From assembly GCA_963828195.1 (NCBI GenBank), contig CAWHDT010000005.1, forward strand, positions 672,001 to 736,000: a DNA stretch of 64,000 nucleotides, in the 5' to 3' direction. This document shows, piece by piece, positions 9,122 to 19,107 of this stretch; position 1 is the first letter of the stretch; each line of letters begins with the position of its first letter. A program made the position numbers and the translations under genes. The stretch comes from Candidatus Bathyarchaeota archaeon. GTDB lineage: Archaea; Thermoproteota; Bathyarchaeia; Bathyarchaeales; Bathycorpusculaceae. The notes beneath the pieces are model-generated. The model did not search any database, was not told the origin of the DNA, and saw only the letters and a list, made by a program, of their open reading frames with translations.

Positions 9122-9330
9122 TTGAAGGCTGTTGCCGCCTCCCGAAATTTAGTCATTTATAAAAGGCACATTTCGAAACAAAACCCAAACAGAAACCGCC
9201 AAAAACCCGAGCCTGCGTTTAATCAGAGCTTCCACTTATTTCTTGATTATAATGGGAAAAATGGGTTTAATTATGGGTAAAATTTAAGAACATCTTTATC
9301 TCCATTTAGGTGCAATCTGTTGGTGAATGT

Positions 9331-10407
9331 GTGTATTGTCAAAAATGTGGCGCTCAGCTTCCTGATGATGTGGCTTTCTGCACTAAATGTGGAGCTAGCA
9401 CATCGGTAAACGCTTCTAAGCCATCTCAAGCGGCTTCCAGTGGACCTGTTATTGCTCCTTCGGGTGTGTCATCGCTTAAATGCCCCAGCTGCGGAGCACC
9501 TATCGCCCCAAAGTTCGGCGAGATGGTTATAACCTGCGCGTACTGTGGCAGCGGAGTCACTTTGGGAAGTCAAGGCTGGACTAACATCCAGAAGCAGACG
9601 ATGCTTACTTTGAAGGTCGCCACCGTTGAGCAGGCGAACGCGATAATCAAGCCTTTAGTAGATAATGGTTTTCTGCATAGGAACCGTTTCAAAGATTCTA
9701 AGCAGGAGGAAATAAGCCTCACTTACGTGCCTTACTGGATTGTAAGCGTCTCTGCACGCACAAGCATCAGCGTGGCGAACCAAAACGCGCAGCTCGCACA
9801 GACCGCTGCATCCGCTGCAGTGCTGGGAGTAATACTTGGCGGCATGGGCGGAGGTTTCGGAGGCGGCGGAGGAGGACGCAGAGGTGGCGGACGCAGACGC
9901 GCTTTCGAAGCAGACTCTGAAGTTAGCCGTTCGTTTGCGTGTATTCTTGGGTTGAAGCGGATACGGATAATGGGTTTTGGGATGGGCATGGGGCGCGGAG
10001 GCGGCGGCGGAAACAAAAAAGCTGAGCAGATGGATGAGAACTATAATTTTCCTGTGATTGCGCTTAAGGCTCTCACGGATTATCAGCCGCAGAACTACCA
10101 GTTTAATCTTGAAGGCAGAGAACTCTTTGACATTGCAAAGTTGCCTAAGCAGGTGAAGATTCTTAACGGGGACATCAGTGAAGACGGCGCTAAAACTCAG
10201 GCGAAGACGCTGGTTGATCAGTTGCAGTCGCAGAAGGCACACGCGAAATACCAATCTATTCAGTCTATGAATACTGAGTGTGATGTGGGGGATGTGGAGC
10301 TTTTGCATGTTCCAGTGTGGTTTGCAAGGTACGACCACAAGGGCGACAAGATTATGCTGGTCATCGATGCTAACTCGGGCAAAGTAATCAACAGCCACGG
10401 ACTATAA
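9331..10407 (+). CDS. Double zinc-ribbon protein with a Gly-rich central segment
   Basis: YCQKCG...FCTKCG and CPSCG...CAYCG; YVPYW and LLHVPVW...IDANSGKV motifs. GTG start inferred after GGTGA. Confidence 0.7.
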   Translation: MYCQKCGAQLPDDVAFCTKCGASTSVNASKPSQAASSGPVIAPSGVSSLKCPSCGAPIAPKFGEMVITCAYCGSGVTLGSQGWTNIQKQTMLTLKVATVEQANAIIKPLVDNGFLHRNRFKDSKQEEISLTYVPYWIVSVSARTSISVANQNAQLAQTAASAAVLGVILGGMGGGFGGGGGGRRGGGRRRAFEADSEVSRSFACILGLKRIRIMGFGMGMGRGGGGGNKKAEQMDENYNFPVIALKALTDYQPQNYQFNLEGRELFDIAKLPKQVKILNGDISEDGAKTQAKTLVDQLQSQKAHAKYQSIQSMNTECDVGDVELLHVPVWFARYDHKGDKIMLVIDANSGKVINSHGL

Positions 10408-10457
10408 CCACGCGCCGCAACAAAACTCCCGCTGAAAACCTATCTTCCACACCATAA

Positions 10458-10603
10458 TGGTACTTTTGGGTACGCAGCCTGCAACTGATTTAAGCTTTGC
10501 CGCAAAAAAGCAACCGGGCACAAACGCATCCAAAAACAAAATTAATTTTTCTTCTTCCAAAAAAAGAAAAAACCTCAACAGCCACTTTGTCAACGCTGCG
10601 AAA
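10458..10603 (-). repeat. ~146-bp non-coding repeat, copy 1 (inverted relative to 22388-22533)
   Basis: Reverse complement aligns with 22388-22533 with about a dozen differences by eye. Confidence 0.9.
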
Positions 10604-10652
10604 AAGCAGCCGAAAACATTTGTAATTGGGTCTTTGCCATTTATTGCTAAAT

Positions 10653-12059
10653 CTAAATCTTGTCCAAGTTGAATTCTTCATGGATGGCTCGGACAACTGC
10701 AATGCCGTCTTTTTCTTTGACAACGAATGAAATGTTCAGTTCTGAGCTGCCTTGAGCGATCATGCGGATGTTTATGCCTTTTTTTGCGACGGTAGCGAAG
10801 ATTTTGGAGGCTATACCTAGGGTTCCCTTCATGTTGGCGCCCATGACGGCTATTACGGCAACATCGTCTTCCGCCGTAACTTCGCTGACTAAGCCGCCTC
10901 TGTCTAAGAGCGCAATTTCAAGAGTACTAATAGCCCTACCTAAAAGCCCTCGACGGATAATCATTGAAATGTTCGCTTCCGAAGCAGCGGTTGATATCAT
11001 CATGACGTTGATGTTGTTTTTGCCTAAAACCTCAAACACTTTAGCGTAGCTTCCGGGAGCACCAACCATCCCTGCGCCGCTAACGTTAAGCATGGCAACA
11101 TCCTTGATCAATGCTACCGCTTTCACGGCTTCCTTAGCATTCCCATCTGGCTCTTTAGTTATTAGTGTCCCTTGGTTTTCGGGGTGGAAAATGCTGCGTA
11201 TCCTAACCGGAATGCCTTCTTTTATTACTGGTTCCAGAGCGCGTGGGTGCATGGCTTTGGCGCCGAAAATTGCCATTTCAGCCGCTTCTTGGTAGCTGAG
11301 TAGGGAAAGCATTTTGGCTGAAGGAACAATTTTTGGGTCAGTGGTCATTATGCCATCGACGTCTGTCCATATCCAGATTTCATCGGCGCCTAAACCAACT
11401 CCTAAAATGGTTGCGGTATAATCTGAGCCGCCGCGGCCAACGGTGGTTACAACGCCATCTTGGTTTGCCGCAATAAATCCTGTGACAACTGGGATGATTT
11501 CTTTTTCCAGTAGTGGCGCTAGTCGTTCTCGGATGAGGTGAGTGGTGTAATTCATGAGGGGGTCGGCTTCGCCGAAGTTGGAGTCGGTGACGATGCCTGC
11601 TTCTTTGCCTGTGAACCATTGTGTTTCAAACCCTTTGTCTTTTATGGTTCCCCAGACAATAGGTGCAGACAATCTCTCGCCGAAGGAAACTACGTAATCT
11701 TTAGATTTTGGGGTAAGTTCGCCGACGTAGCAGATGCCTGTTAAAACCTTCTCCAGCTCAACAATTGTTTTCTCAACGGTTTCGGTAACTTCTTTTTGCA
11801 ACTGTTTACTTTTGATGGCTGTTGAAATCGTCTCTAAATGTTTTTTCAGCAGTTCTTTGGTGAAGGCTTGGATGCGTTTTTCATCGCTTTTTTTGGCTAA
11901 CTCAGCAATTTCAATTAGGCTATTAGTTACACCTGCCAAAGCTGAGACAACCACGGTAACTTTGTCTTTTTTAGCGTTTTTAATGACTATGTCAGCTACA
12001 TGACGTATATTTTCGCCTGTGCCAACGCTGGTGCCGCCGAACTTCATTACGATTTTCAT
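10653..12059 (-). CDS. lysC: Aspartate kinase
   Basis: MKFGGTSV, VVVSALAG, SFGERLS, GRGGSDYTA; two ACT domains. Confidence 0.95.
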   Translation of the reverse strand: MKIVMKFGGTSVGTGENIRHVADIVIKNAKKDKVTVVVSALAGVTNSLIEIAELAKKSDEKRIQAFTKELLKKHLETISTAIKSKQLQKEVTETVEKTIVELEKVLTGICYVGELTPKSKDYVVSFGERLSAPIVWGTIKDKGFETQWFTGKEAGIVTDSNFGEADPLMNYTTHLIRERLAPLLEKEIIPVVTGFIAANQDGVVTTVGRGGSDYTATILGVGLGADEIWIWTDVDGIMTTDPKIVPSAKMLSLLSYQEAAEMAIFGAKAMHPRALEPVIKEGIPVRIRSIFHPENQGTLITKEPDGNAKEAVKAVALIKDVAMLNVSGAGMVGAPGSYAKVFEVLGKNNINVMMISTAASEANISMIIRRGLLGRAISTLEIALLDRGGLVSEVTAEDDVAVIAVMGANMKGTLGIASKIFATVAKKGINIRMIAQGSSELNISFVVKEKDGIAVVRAIHEEFNLDKI

Positions 12060-12062
12060 TTT

Positions 12063-13106
12063 TTAGGACTCCAAATAGTTATTTAACATTCGATCCGCTA
12101 ACTTGTGTCTTATATCTAACAGGTCTCTTAAAACTGCGCTGGCAGTCTCAATTCCGCCTGCGCCTCTGCCGATAAGGGTTTGTTCTGCCGCGTACTCGGT
12201 CGAGAATGTTATCGCGTTTAAAACTCCGCTGACGCACAGGGGGTTGTTTTTCGCTATTTCTGTGGGTTTAACCGATGTGGTATTGCCGTCTATTGAACCT
12301 ATAAGCTTGATTGTGTTACCCCTGTTTGAGGCTTCATCAAGCGCTTGTAGGGATACGTCGCGGATGCCTGTTCTATCCACGTCTTTTAACGTTATTTTCT
12401 TGTTCAATATCCAGTTCGCCAGAATAACTACTTTGCAGGCGGTATCAAATCCATCAATGTCCATTGACGGCTCCCTCTCGGCGTAACCAAGCCTCTGAGC
12501 ATTTGCTAACGCTTCCTGGAAGGTCACGCGGTTTTGAGACATTTCAGTTAGAATGTAGTTAGTTGTACCGTTCAGTATGCCGCGTATGGCTAGTATTTTG
12601 TCGCCTGCGAGGCACCGTTTGGCAAACTCCAGCATGGGTGTTCCGCCGCCGACCGTTCCGCTGAATCGCAGGTAAACGTTATTGTACTCAGCTAATTCCG
12701 TGAGGGCCGGCATAGCTAGGGCCAAGGGTCCTTTGTTGGTTGTAACAACATGTTTCCCCGTTTTGAATGCTTTAGTTATGTGTGATAGGGCGGGCTCACC
12801 GGTTTTGATGTTGACGGGCGTGACTTCTACCACTACCTCCGCCTCAACTGACTCAATGACCTCTAACGCTGGCATTCCGGGGTGCCCAAACTCTGGGTCG
12901 GCGGATATCGGATAACCTCTTTTCTTAATCTCCTCTAACTTTTCAGGGCTTAACCCTTTCGGGTTTATAACCGCGCCGTCTATATCGGCGATGGCAACGA
13001 TTTTTGGGTTAAATCCGTAATCTTTCACCTTTTCCGTGTATCTTTGAGCCAGAATGGTGGTTACACCCTTCCCCACTACGCCATAGCCAACTAAGATAAT
13101 CCTCAT
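12063..13106 (-). CDS. hom: Homoserine dehydrogenase
   Basis: GYGVVG, HVVTTNKGP, GILNGTTNYIL, GRGAGGIETA. Confidence 0.95.
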   Translation of the reverse strand: MRIILVGYGVVGKGVTTILAQRYTEKVKDYGFNPKIVAIADIDGAVINPKGLSPEKLEEIKKRGYPISADPEFGHPGMPALEVIESVEAEVVVEVTPVNIKTGEPALSHITKAFKTGKHVVTTNKGPLALAMPALTELAEYNNVYLRFSGTVGGGTPMLEFAKRCLAGDKILAIRGILNGTTNYILTEMSQNRVTFQEALANAQRLGYAEREPSMDIDGFDTACKVVILANWILNKKITLKDVDRTGIRDVSLQALDEASNRGNTIKLIGSIDGNTTSVKPTEIAKNNPLCVSGVLNAITFSTEYAAEQTLIGRGAGGIETASAVLRDLLDIRHKLADRMLNNYLES

Positions 13107-13113
13107 TTCATAT

Positions 13114-14364
13114 TCACCTTGCCAAAATAACTCTTGACGTTTTTAATCCTAAAGCCTGCTCTATGGCGGATAGTTCAGCGTCAACCTCAATGGGTTTTTC
13201 GCTCTGTTTAATCGCAGTGTCAGGGTCCTTTAGTCCGTGCCCTGTCGTTATGCAGACGACTCGTTCATCTCTGCCGACAACGCCATTCTTAACAAGCTTC
13301 ATCATTCCAGCAATAGAAGATGCACTTGCAGGCTCTACAAAAATACCTTCAATACGTGCAAGCAATTTCTGCGCCTCCAAAATCTCCTCATCCGTAACGG
13401 TTTCAGCAGTTCCATTTGATTCTCGGATAGCGTTCACTGCTTTTTTCCAGCTTACTGGAGCGCCGATTCTTATGGCTGTGGCGACGGTTTCAGGGTTCTC
13501 AACAGGGATGATTTTGTCGCTGTTTGTTTTGATCGCTTGCGCTATTGGTGCAGAGCCAGCTGCTTGTATACCCGTCATTTTTGGCAGAGTTTTTATGAAG
13601 CCGAGCTGATGGAATTCTGTTAGGCCTTTCCAGACGGCACTTATGTTTCCAGCGTTGCCAACGGGGATGATTATTCTGTCTGGTGCTTCATTGCTTAATT
13701 GTTCGCAGATTTCGTAACCAAGAGACTTCTGTCCCTCGATGCGGAAGGGGTTAATTGAGTTGAGAAGGTAAATGTTTTTGTGCTTCTCGGCCAGTTTAAG
13801 CACGAATTCTAAGGCTTGATCAAAGTTACCGCGCACCTGCAGTACTTTGGCGCCGTGAATCATGGCTTGCGCCAACTTGCCGTAGGCAATTTTGCCTGAG
13901 GGAATAAGAACGGTGCAATTTATTCCTGCTCTTGCGGCATAAGCAGCTAAGCTTGCGCTGGTGTTGCCTGTTGAAGCGCAGATTACGTGTCTTGCACCTA
14001 GTTCAACGGCTTTCGTTACGCCAACTGTCATGCCTCGGTCTTTGAAGCTGCCTGTGGGGTTTTCTCCCTCATTCTTGACGTACAGTTGTTTTAGTCCTAA
14101 TTCATCGCCTAAGCGTTGGGAACGATGCAGACCCGTGCCGCCCTCGTTTAAAGTGACTATGCGTGTGGTTTCGTGGATGGGCATAAAGTCTCGGTACCGC
14201 CAAACGGACAGGGGCTTTGTTTTCCAATCACTGCCTTTGAGAGTTTCAGCCAACTCTTTCAGGTCAAATTTTACTTCAAGGATGTCTCCACATCGCTTGC
14301 AGAAATAAATAATCTCGTCAATATTGTATTTCGCTTTGCAGTTTATGCATTCTTGATGCGTCAT
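13114..14364 (-). CDS. thrC: Threonine synthase
   Basis: NPTGSFKDRG (PLP Lys), CASTGNTSAS, PVGNAGNI, TGHGLKDP. Confidence 0.95.
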   Translation of the reverse strand: MTHQECINCKAKYNIDEIIYFCKRCGDILEVKFDLKELAETLKGSDWKTKPLSVWRYRDFMPIHETTRIVTLNEGGTGLHRSQRLGDELGLKQLYVKNEGENPTGSFKDRGMTVGVTKAVELGARHVICASTGNTSASLAAYAARAGINCTVLIPSGKIAYGKLAQAMIHGAKVLQVRGNFDQALEFVLKLAEKHKNIYLLNSINPFRIEGQKSLGYEICEQLSNEAPDRIIIPVGNAGNISAVWKGLTEFHQLGFIKTLPKMTGIQAAGSAPIAQAIKTNSDKIIPVENPETVATAIRIGAPVSWKKAVNAIRESNGTAETVTDEEILEAQKLLARIEGIFVEPASASSIAGMMKLVKNGVVGRDERVVCITTGHGLKDPDTAIKQSEKPIEVDAELSAIEQALGLKTSRVILAR

Positions 14365-14470
14365 GGTTCCATTCTCCTTTAGATAAGCGCCTTTTCAGGG
14401 CACAGTAACGTAAGCTGTAGCTGAAGTATCAACTGCGGCATTATTAATTTTGTTGTTTCCATGAAGCTTA

Positions 14471-15049
14471 TTAACCAACCATGCTGGACAAAACCTCATA
14501 AGTTTTTAGGCTGTCTTTTTTCTCAACCACCATTATAGTTTCAGTCCAGCATGAAATGAACTCAATAATGTTCACGTTCTGTTCCGCCAGCAACGTCGCA
14601 AGGAACGCGACAACTCCCGGAGTTAACTCTAATTCCTCGGGCGAATGAACGACAATCATGGTACAGTTGTCATGCTTAACAAGAGTGCTTATGCGTTCAG
14701 GCAAATCGCTCCTGTCCAAGAGGTAAACGAATTTATCCATTAAATCAACTTTCATGCCGGTTTTCGAATCAATTTCTTTACCTGTTATTATAACTGATTT
14801 TCGGTCATAAACGGCTATGCCGCTTCGCTTTAGCAGTTGAAGAACTTTTTCTTCTCTTTTCTGCTTATGTTTTTGCAGTTCTTCTGAATATCGCCGCAGG
14901 GCTGCTTTTATGGCACTTATGTCATCGGTTTCCAGGTCTTTTTGTATTTGTCTTGACAGCTCGCTCAGGTTAACTATGCCTTTTTCCAGTGCTTCAAGCA
15001 GGTACGGTTTGTTTCGCAGGTAGTTTCTTACGTTTTGAGCTATTGTCAT
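14471..15049 (-). CDS. HTH + ACT domain protein, putative amino-acid-responsive regulator
   Basis: N-terminal GIVNLSELSRQI...AIKAALRR; C-terminal ACT TPGVVAFL...NVNIIEFISCWTE. Start ATG 15049 chosen. Confidence 0.7.
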   Translation of the reverse strand: MTIAQNVRNYLRNKPYLLEALEKGIVNLSELSRQIQKDLETDDISAIKAALRRYSEELQKHKQKREEKVLQLLKRSGIAVYDRKSVIITGKEIDSKTGMKVDLMDKFVYLLDRSDLPERISTLVKHDNCTMIVVHSPEELELTPGVVAFLATLLAEQNVNIIEFISCWTETIMVVEKKDSLKTYEVLSSMVG

Positions 15050-15175
15050 AATAGCTACTGATTGTATCAAATGGCACATTTAAATTTTATTAAGTAACAA
15101 AAAAGTCACAATGTTTAAAAATACAACATTGAAGGTTAGGGGAATAATTTACAGCAAAAATGGGGGAGTAGAAAA

Positions 15176-16399
15176 ATAGCCGAAAAAATCGTGTTAGCTT
15201 ACTCAGGCGGATTAGACACATCCGTCTTAATCAAGTACCTCCAAGAAAAATACAACACACAAGTAATAACTGTAACCGTAGATGTTGGACAACAAGAAGA
15301 CCTCAAAGCAGCCGAGGAAAAAGCCATAAAACTCGGCGTTTTCAAACATTACTCAATCGATGCAAAAGACGAATTTGCAAAAGACTACATTTTTCCCGCC
15401 ATAAAAGCCAACGCCCTCTACGAAGGGAAATATCCCATAAGCACAAGCCTGTCGCGCCCATTGATTGCCTCAAAGATGGTTGAAGTTGCCGAGAAAGAAG
15501 GCGCCACAGCCCTAGCTCACGGCTGCACAGGAAGAGGCAATGATCAGGTACGCTTTGACGTGACCCTTGGCTCCTTGGCACCGGACAAAAAAATTATTGC
15601 GCCCGTACGCGAATGGGGCATGACACGCGAAGAAGAAATCGCTTACGCAAAAACCAAAGGCATCCCCGTTTCCCACGCGGCTAAAAAGTACAGTATAGAC
15701 GCGAGCGTTTGGGGAAGAGCAATTGAATGCGGGCTGCTTGAAGACGCGAGCCAAGCGCCACCTGAAGACGCTTACGAATGGACTGTTTCAGCTGAAAAAG
15801 CGCCGAATACCCCTGAAATTGTCACTTTAAAATTTGAGGCTGGAGTGCCAGTAGCCGTTAACAATGAAAGCCTGAAGCCACTTGAACTTATAGAAAAAAT
15901 GAACAAAATCGCTGGCCAAAACGGTGTTGGACGTATAGACCATATTGAAGACCGTTTAGTTGGGATAAAATCAAGGGAAGTGTACGAGTGCCCAGCAGCT
16001 ACCGTAATTTTGGAAGCCCACAAGGACCTTGAAAAAATGGTCATGACGCGGCACCAAGTCCTTTTCAAGCAGCAAGTCAACGCAGAGTGGGTTTTCTTAG
16101 CTTACGCTGGTTTATGGGTTGACCCATTAAAAGATGACCTTGACGCTTTCATCAACAAATCCCAAGAAAACGTCACAGGCGAAGTTAAACTGAAACTCTA
16201 CAAGGGCGGCATGCAAGTTATCGGACGCTCCTCGCCAATGTCGCTTTACGATAAAAACCTTGCCAACTACAACATCAAAACGACGTTCAACCAGTCCTAT
16301 TCTAAAGGTTTCATTGAATTGTGGGGGCTACAAACCAGAATGTATAACGTTCTCAAAAAGAGAAGCGAAAAAGAGGCCCAGAAAACAAAGAACGCCTGA
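15176..16399 (+). CDS. argG: Argininosuccinate synthase (probable ATA start)
   Basis: KIVLAYSGGLDTS, HGCTGRGNDQVRF, GIKSREVYE. Confidence 0.95.
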   Translation: MAEKIVLAYSGGLDTSVLIKYLQEKYNTQVITVTVDVGQQEDLKAAEEKAIKLGVFKHYSIDAKDEFAKDYIFPAIKANALYEGKYPISTSLSRPLIASKMVEVAEKEGATALAHGCTGRGNDQVRFDVTLGSLAPDKKIIAPVREWGMTREEEIAYAKTKGIPVSHAAKKYSIDASVWGRAIECGLLEDASQAPPEDAYEWTVSAEKAPNTPEIVTLKFEAGVPVAVNNESLKPLELIEKMNKIAGQNGVGRIDHIEDRLVGIKSREVYECPAATVILEAHKDLEKMVMTRHQVLFKQQVNAEWVFLAYAGLWVDPLKDDLDAFINKSQENVTGEVKLKLYKGGMQVIGRSSPMSLYDKNLANYNIKTTFNQSYSKGFIELWGLQTRMYNVLKKRSEKEAQKTKNA

Positions 16400-16434
16400 A
16401 TAGTTAATATTAATGAGCAAACCGAGGGTGAATA

Positions 16435-17946
16435 GTGTCAAAAATATTGCATGGCGGACGGCTGTCCTCTGTAAGGGAAGACGTAGCTAAGTTTACTTCT
16501 TCAAGAAAAGATGACGACTGCTTAGCCGCCGCTGTAGTTGACATCAATAAAGCCCACGTAATTATGCTTATGGAACAGCAGATAATCCAGTGGCGAGACG
16601 GCGCAAAAATTCTTAAAGCGCTCTTGAAACAATCCAAAAGTAGGCTTGATCCTTCGGCTGAAGATGTTCACATGGCCGTAGAAGAGGGGGTTCTTCAAGA
16701 AACTGGACCTGAAGTTGGCGGCAACTTGCACATCGCAAAAAGCAGAAATGACCAAGTCACAACTGCCATCCGCATGCAACTCAGAAATGAACTTGTTTAC
16801 TTGATGCTTAAGGTTTTGGAGCTGCAGCAACGCCTCATAGAAACAGCCAGCAAACACGTTAGCACGGTCATTTTGGAATATACTCATCTGCAGCCGGCGC
16901 AGCCTGTCACATTTGCACATTATTTACTTTCGCATGTTCAAGGGTTAAACCGCGATTTGGAGAGACTTCAGGGCGCTTACGGACGGGTTAATCTATGCCC
17001 TCTGGGCTCGGGAGCATTAGCTACAACAAGTTTCCCGATAAACCGCAAAAGAACCGCAGAGCTTTTAGGTTTTAAAGAAGTTTTGGAGAATTCGATCGAT
17101 GCAGTTGGCAGCCGAGACTTCATACTTGAAACTCAAGCCGCGTTAACTTTGCTTGCAGTAAATTTAAGTCGCTTTGCTGAGGATTTGATAATTTGGAGTT
17201 CACAAGAGTTTGGCACAGTTGAGTTGCCAGACGATTTCACCTCAACAAGCAGTATAATGCCGCAAAAAAAGAATCCTGAAGTGCTTGAAGTCATCCGTGC
17301 AAGAGCCAGCTACGCGCTCGGCGATTTTGTCGCTTCAGCTGCTGCCCTGAAGAGTTTGCCGTCAACCTATAATCTTGATTTCCAAGAGGTAACGCCGAAA
17401 CTTTGGGCAACAACAAACAACTTAGGCAACTCGTTAAGCATATTGACAGAGCTAATGCCCAACTTGAAAGTGTCAACAAACGTTGAAAGCAAAGCTGAAT
17501 CAGGCTTTGTTGGCGCAACTGAACTTGCCAACATGCTTGTACGCAAATACACTATTGCTTTCCGAACCTCACATAAAATAGTTGGTGCCCTTGTTAAGTT
17601 GCTAATCGATTCAAAGCAAACTTTAGCGGATGCTACTCCTGAACTGCTGCAAGAGGTAGCTCAGCAGGCGGTCGGCGTCAAATTAGTAGTTAAGAAAGAG
17701 GATATGGTTGAATGCACAAATCTACGCAAAATAATCGAAACATATAAAGTGCAAGGTGGTCCTTCACCCGTCGAGGTTGAAAGAGCCATAGCAACACTAA
17801 AAAAGAAGATGATGACTTTCAAAAACAATGTAGTTGAACTCAAACGGAACGTCGTTGACGCAGAAAGCACCCTTAACGCAATTGCAGGATCTTACTCTCT
17901 TTCGAATTCTCCAGTAAACGTAAGACTTAAAAATCCAGACTTATAG
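16435..17946 (+). CDS. argH: Argininosuccinate lyase
   Basis: SRNDQ, YTHLQPAQP, SSIMPQKKNP. Confidence 0.95.
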   Translation: MSKILHGGRLSSVREDVAKFTSSRKDDDCLAAAVVDINKAHVIMLMEQQIIQWRDGAKILKALLKQSKSRLDPSAEDVHMAVEEGVLQETGPEVGGNLHIAKSRNDQVTTAIRMQLRNELVYLMLKVLELQQRLIETASKHVSTVILEYTHLQPAQPVTFAHYLLSHVQGLNRDLERLQGAYGRVNLCPLGSGALATTSFPINRKRTAELLGFKEVLENSIDAVGSRDFILETQAALTLLAVNLSRFAEDLIIWSSQEFGTVELPDDFTSTSSIMPQKKNPEVLEVIRARASYALGDFVASAAALKSLPSTYNLDFQEVTPKLWATTNNLGNSLSILTELMPNLKVSTNVESKAESGFVGATELANMLVRKYTIAFRTSHKIVGALVKLLIDSKQTLADATPELLQEVAQQAVGVKLVVKKEDMVECTNLRKIIETYKVQGGPSPVEVERAIATLKKKMMTFKNNVVELKRNVVDAESTLNAIAGSYSLSNSPVNVRLKNPDL

Positions 17947-17959
17947 GTAGAATAGGGCT

Positions 17960-19105
17960 TTGGTCCCACAACATAGCACGTCCAACAAAAATAAAAAAGC
18001 GATTCTGCTTCTTGAAGACGGAACGTCATTTATCGGTAACGGTTTTGGGACAACAGGAAAAATCAGCGGCGAAGTGGTATTTTCAACCCAGATGGTTGGT
18101 TATCCCGAAGCCCTTACCGACCCATCGTATAAAGGTCAGATTTTAACTTTAACTTATCCGCTTATAGGCAACTACGGCGTTCCTTCAAACGAGATAAACT
18201 TGGGGCTTCCGCTTTACTTCGAGTCAGATCACATCCAAGTACAAGGCTTGGTGATTCATGAGTTATGCCAAGAACCCTTCCATTGGGCTTCAACAAGAAC
18301 TCTGGACAAATGGCTGCTTGATGAAGGTGTCCCAGGAATCTACGGTGTTGACACCAGACGTTTAACCAAGAAGCTTAGAACTCACGGTGTCATGCTTGGA
18401 ATTTTAGAGGTCTTTGAGGCTGGCGAAGAACCTGATTTGGACGCACTCCTAAAAATGGGCAAAGAAATTGCTGACCCTAACACGACTGATTTAGTCAAGG
18501 AAGTGTCAGTGAAACTGCCTGTTAAATATAGCGTGGACGGCAAAAAAACCGTTGTTCTGCTTGACTGCGGAGCCAAATACAGCATTATCCGCAACCTGCT
18601 TAAACGAGGCATAAACGTTATACGCGTTCCCTACGACACTTCAGCCAGCGAAGTGATGGCTTACCATCCTGACGGAGTCTTCTTGAGCAACGGTCCAGGC
18701 GACCCAAAGAAATGCGTGAAAACAATCGAGTGCGTGCGCGAAGTAGTTGATAAGGTTCCATTTATGGGCATATGCCTTGGCGCTCAAATACTGGCGCTGG
18801 CGTTAGGTGGAGATACGTACAAGTTAAAGTTTGGTCACCGAGCCCAAAACCAGCCCGCCCTCGACCTGATAAACCGCCGCTGCTACATTACAACTCAGAA
18901 TCACGGTTACGCAGTAGACATAGAATCTTTAAAGAAAACCCCCTTGGAAACTTGGTTCATAAACCCAAACGATAAAACCACTGAAGGCATCAAGCACAAA
19001 AACAAACCTGTTTTTGCGGTACAGTGGCATCCAGAAGCCTCTCCGGGACCCTACGATACGGAGTTGCTGTTTGACAAGTTTTCAAAGATGCTGGAGGTCA
19101 CTTAA
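17960..19105 (+). CDS. carA: Carbamoyl-phosphate synthase small subunit
   Basis: LTDPSYKGQ, SNGPGDP, GICLG, QNHGY, QWHPEA. Confidence 0.95.
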   Translation: MVPQHSTSNKNKKAILLLEDGTSFIGNGFGTTGKISGEVVFSTQMVGYPEALTDPSYKGQILTLTYPLIGNYGVPSNEINLGLPLYFESDHIQVQGLVIHELCQEPFHWASTRTLDKWLLDEGVPGIYGVDTRRLTKKLRTHGVMLGILEVFEAGEEPDLDALLKMGKEIADPNTTDLVKEVSVKLPVKYSVDGKKTVVLLDCGAKYSIIRNLLKRGINVIRVPYDTSASEVMAYHPDGVFLSNGPGDPKKCVKTIECVREVVDKVPFMGICLGAQILALALGGDTYKLKFGHRAQNQPALDLINRRCYITTQNHGYAVDIESLKKTPLETWFINPNDKTTEGIKHKNKPVFAVQWHPEASPGPYDTELLFDKFSKMLEVT

Positions 19106-19107
19106 CC

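Noticed and set aside
9165-9225. A/C-rich tract with gcctgcg as a fourth repeat copy
   Set aside because: Match is too short and low-complexity to support.
9655-10398. 247-aa minus-strand ORF and other long antisense ORFs
   Set aside because: Shadows of better-supported genes with no motifs of their own.
10402-10723. Short ORFs at 10402-10723 and the similar one at 22398-22589
   Set aside because: Translations of the non-coding repeat; their similarity reflects the DNA repeat.
14379-14462. 27-aa ORF METTKLIMPQ... upstream of thrC as an attenuator leader
   Set aside because: Only three Thr, no Thr/Ile run and no terminator/antiterminator pair seen.
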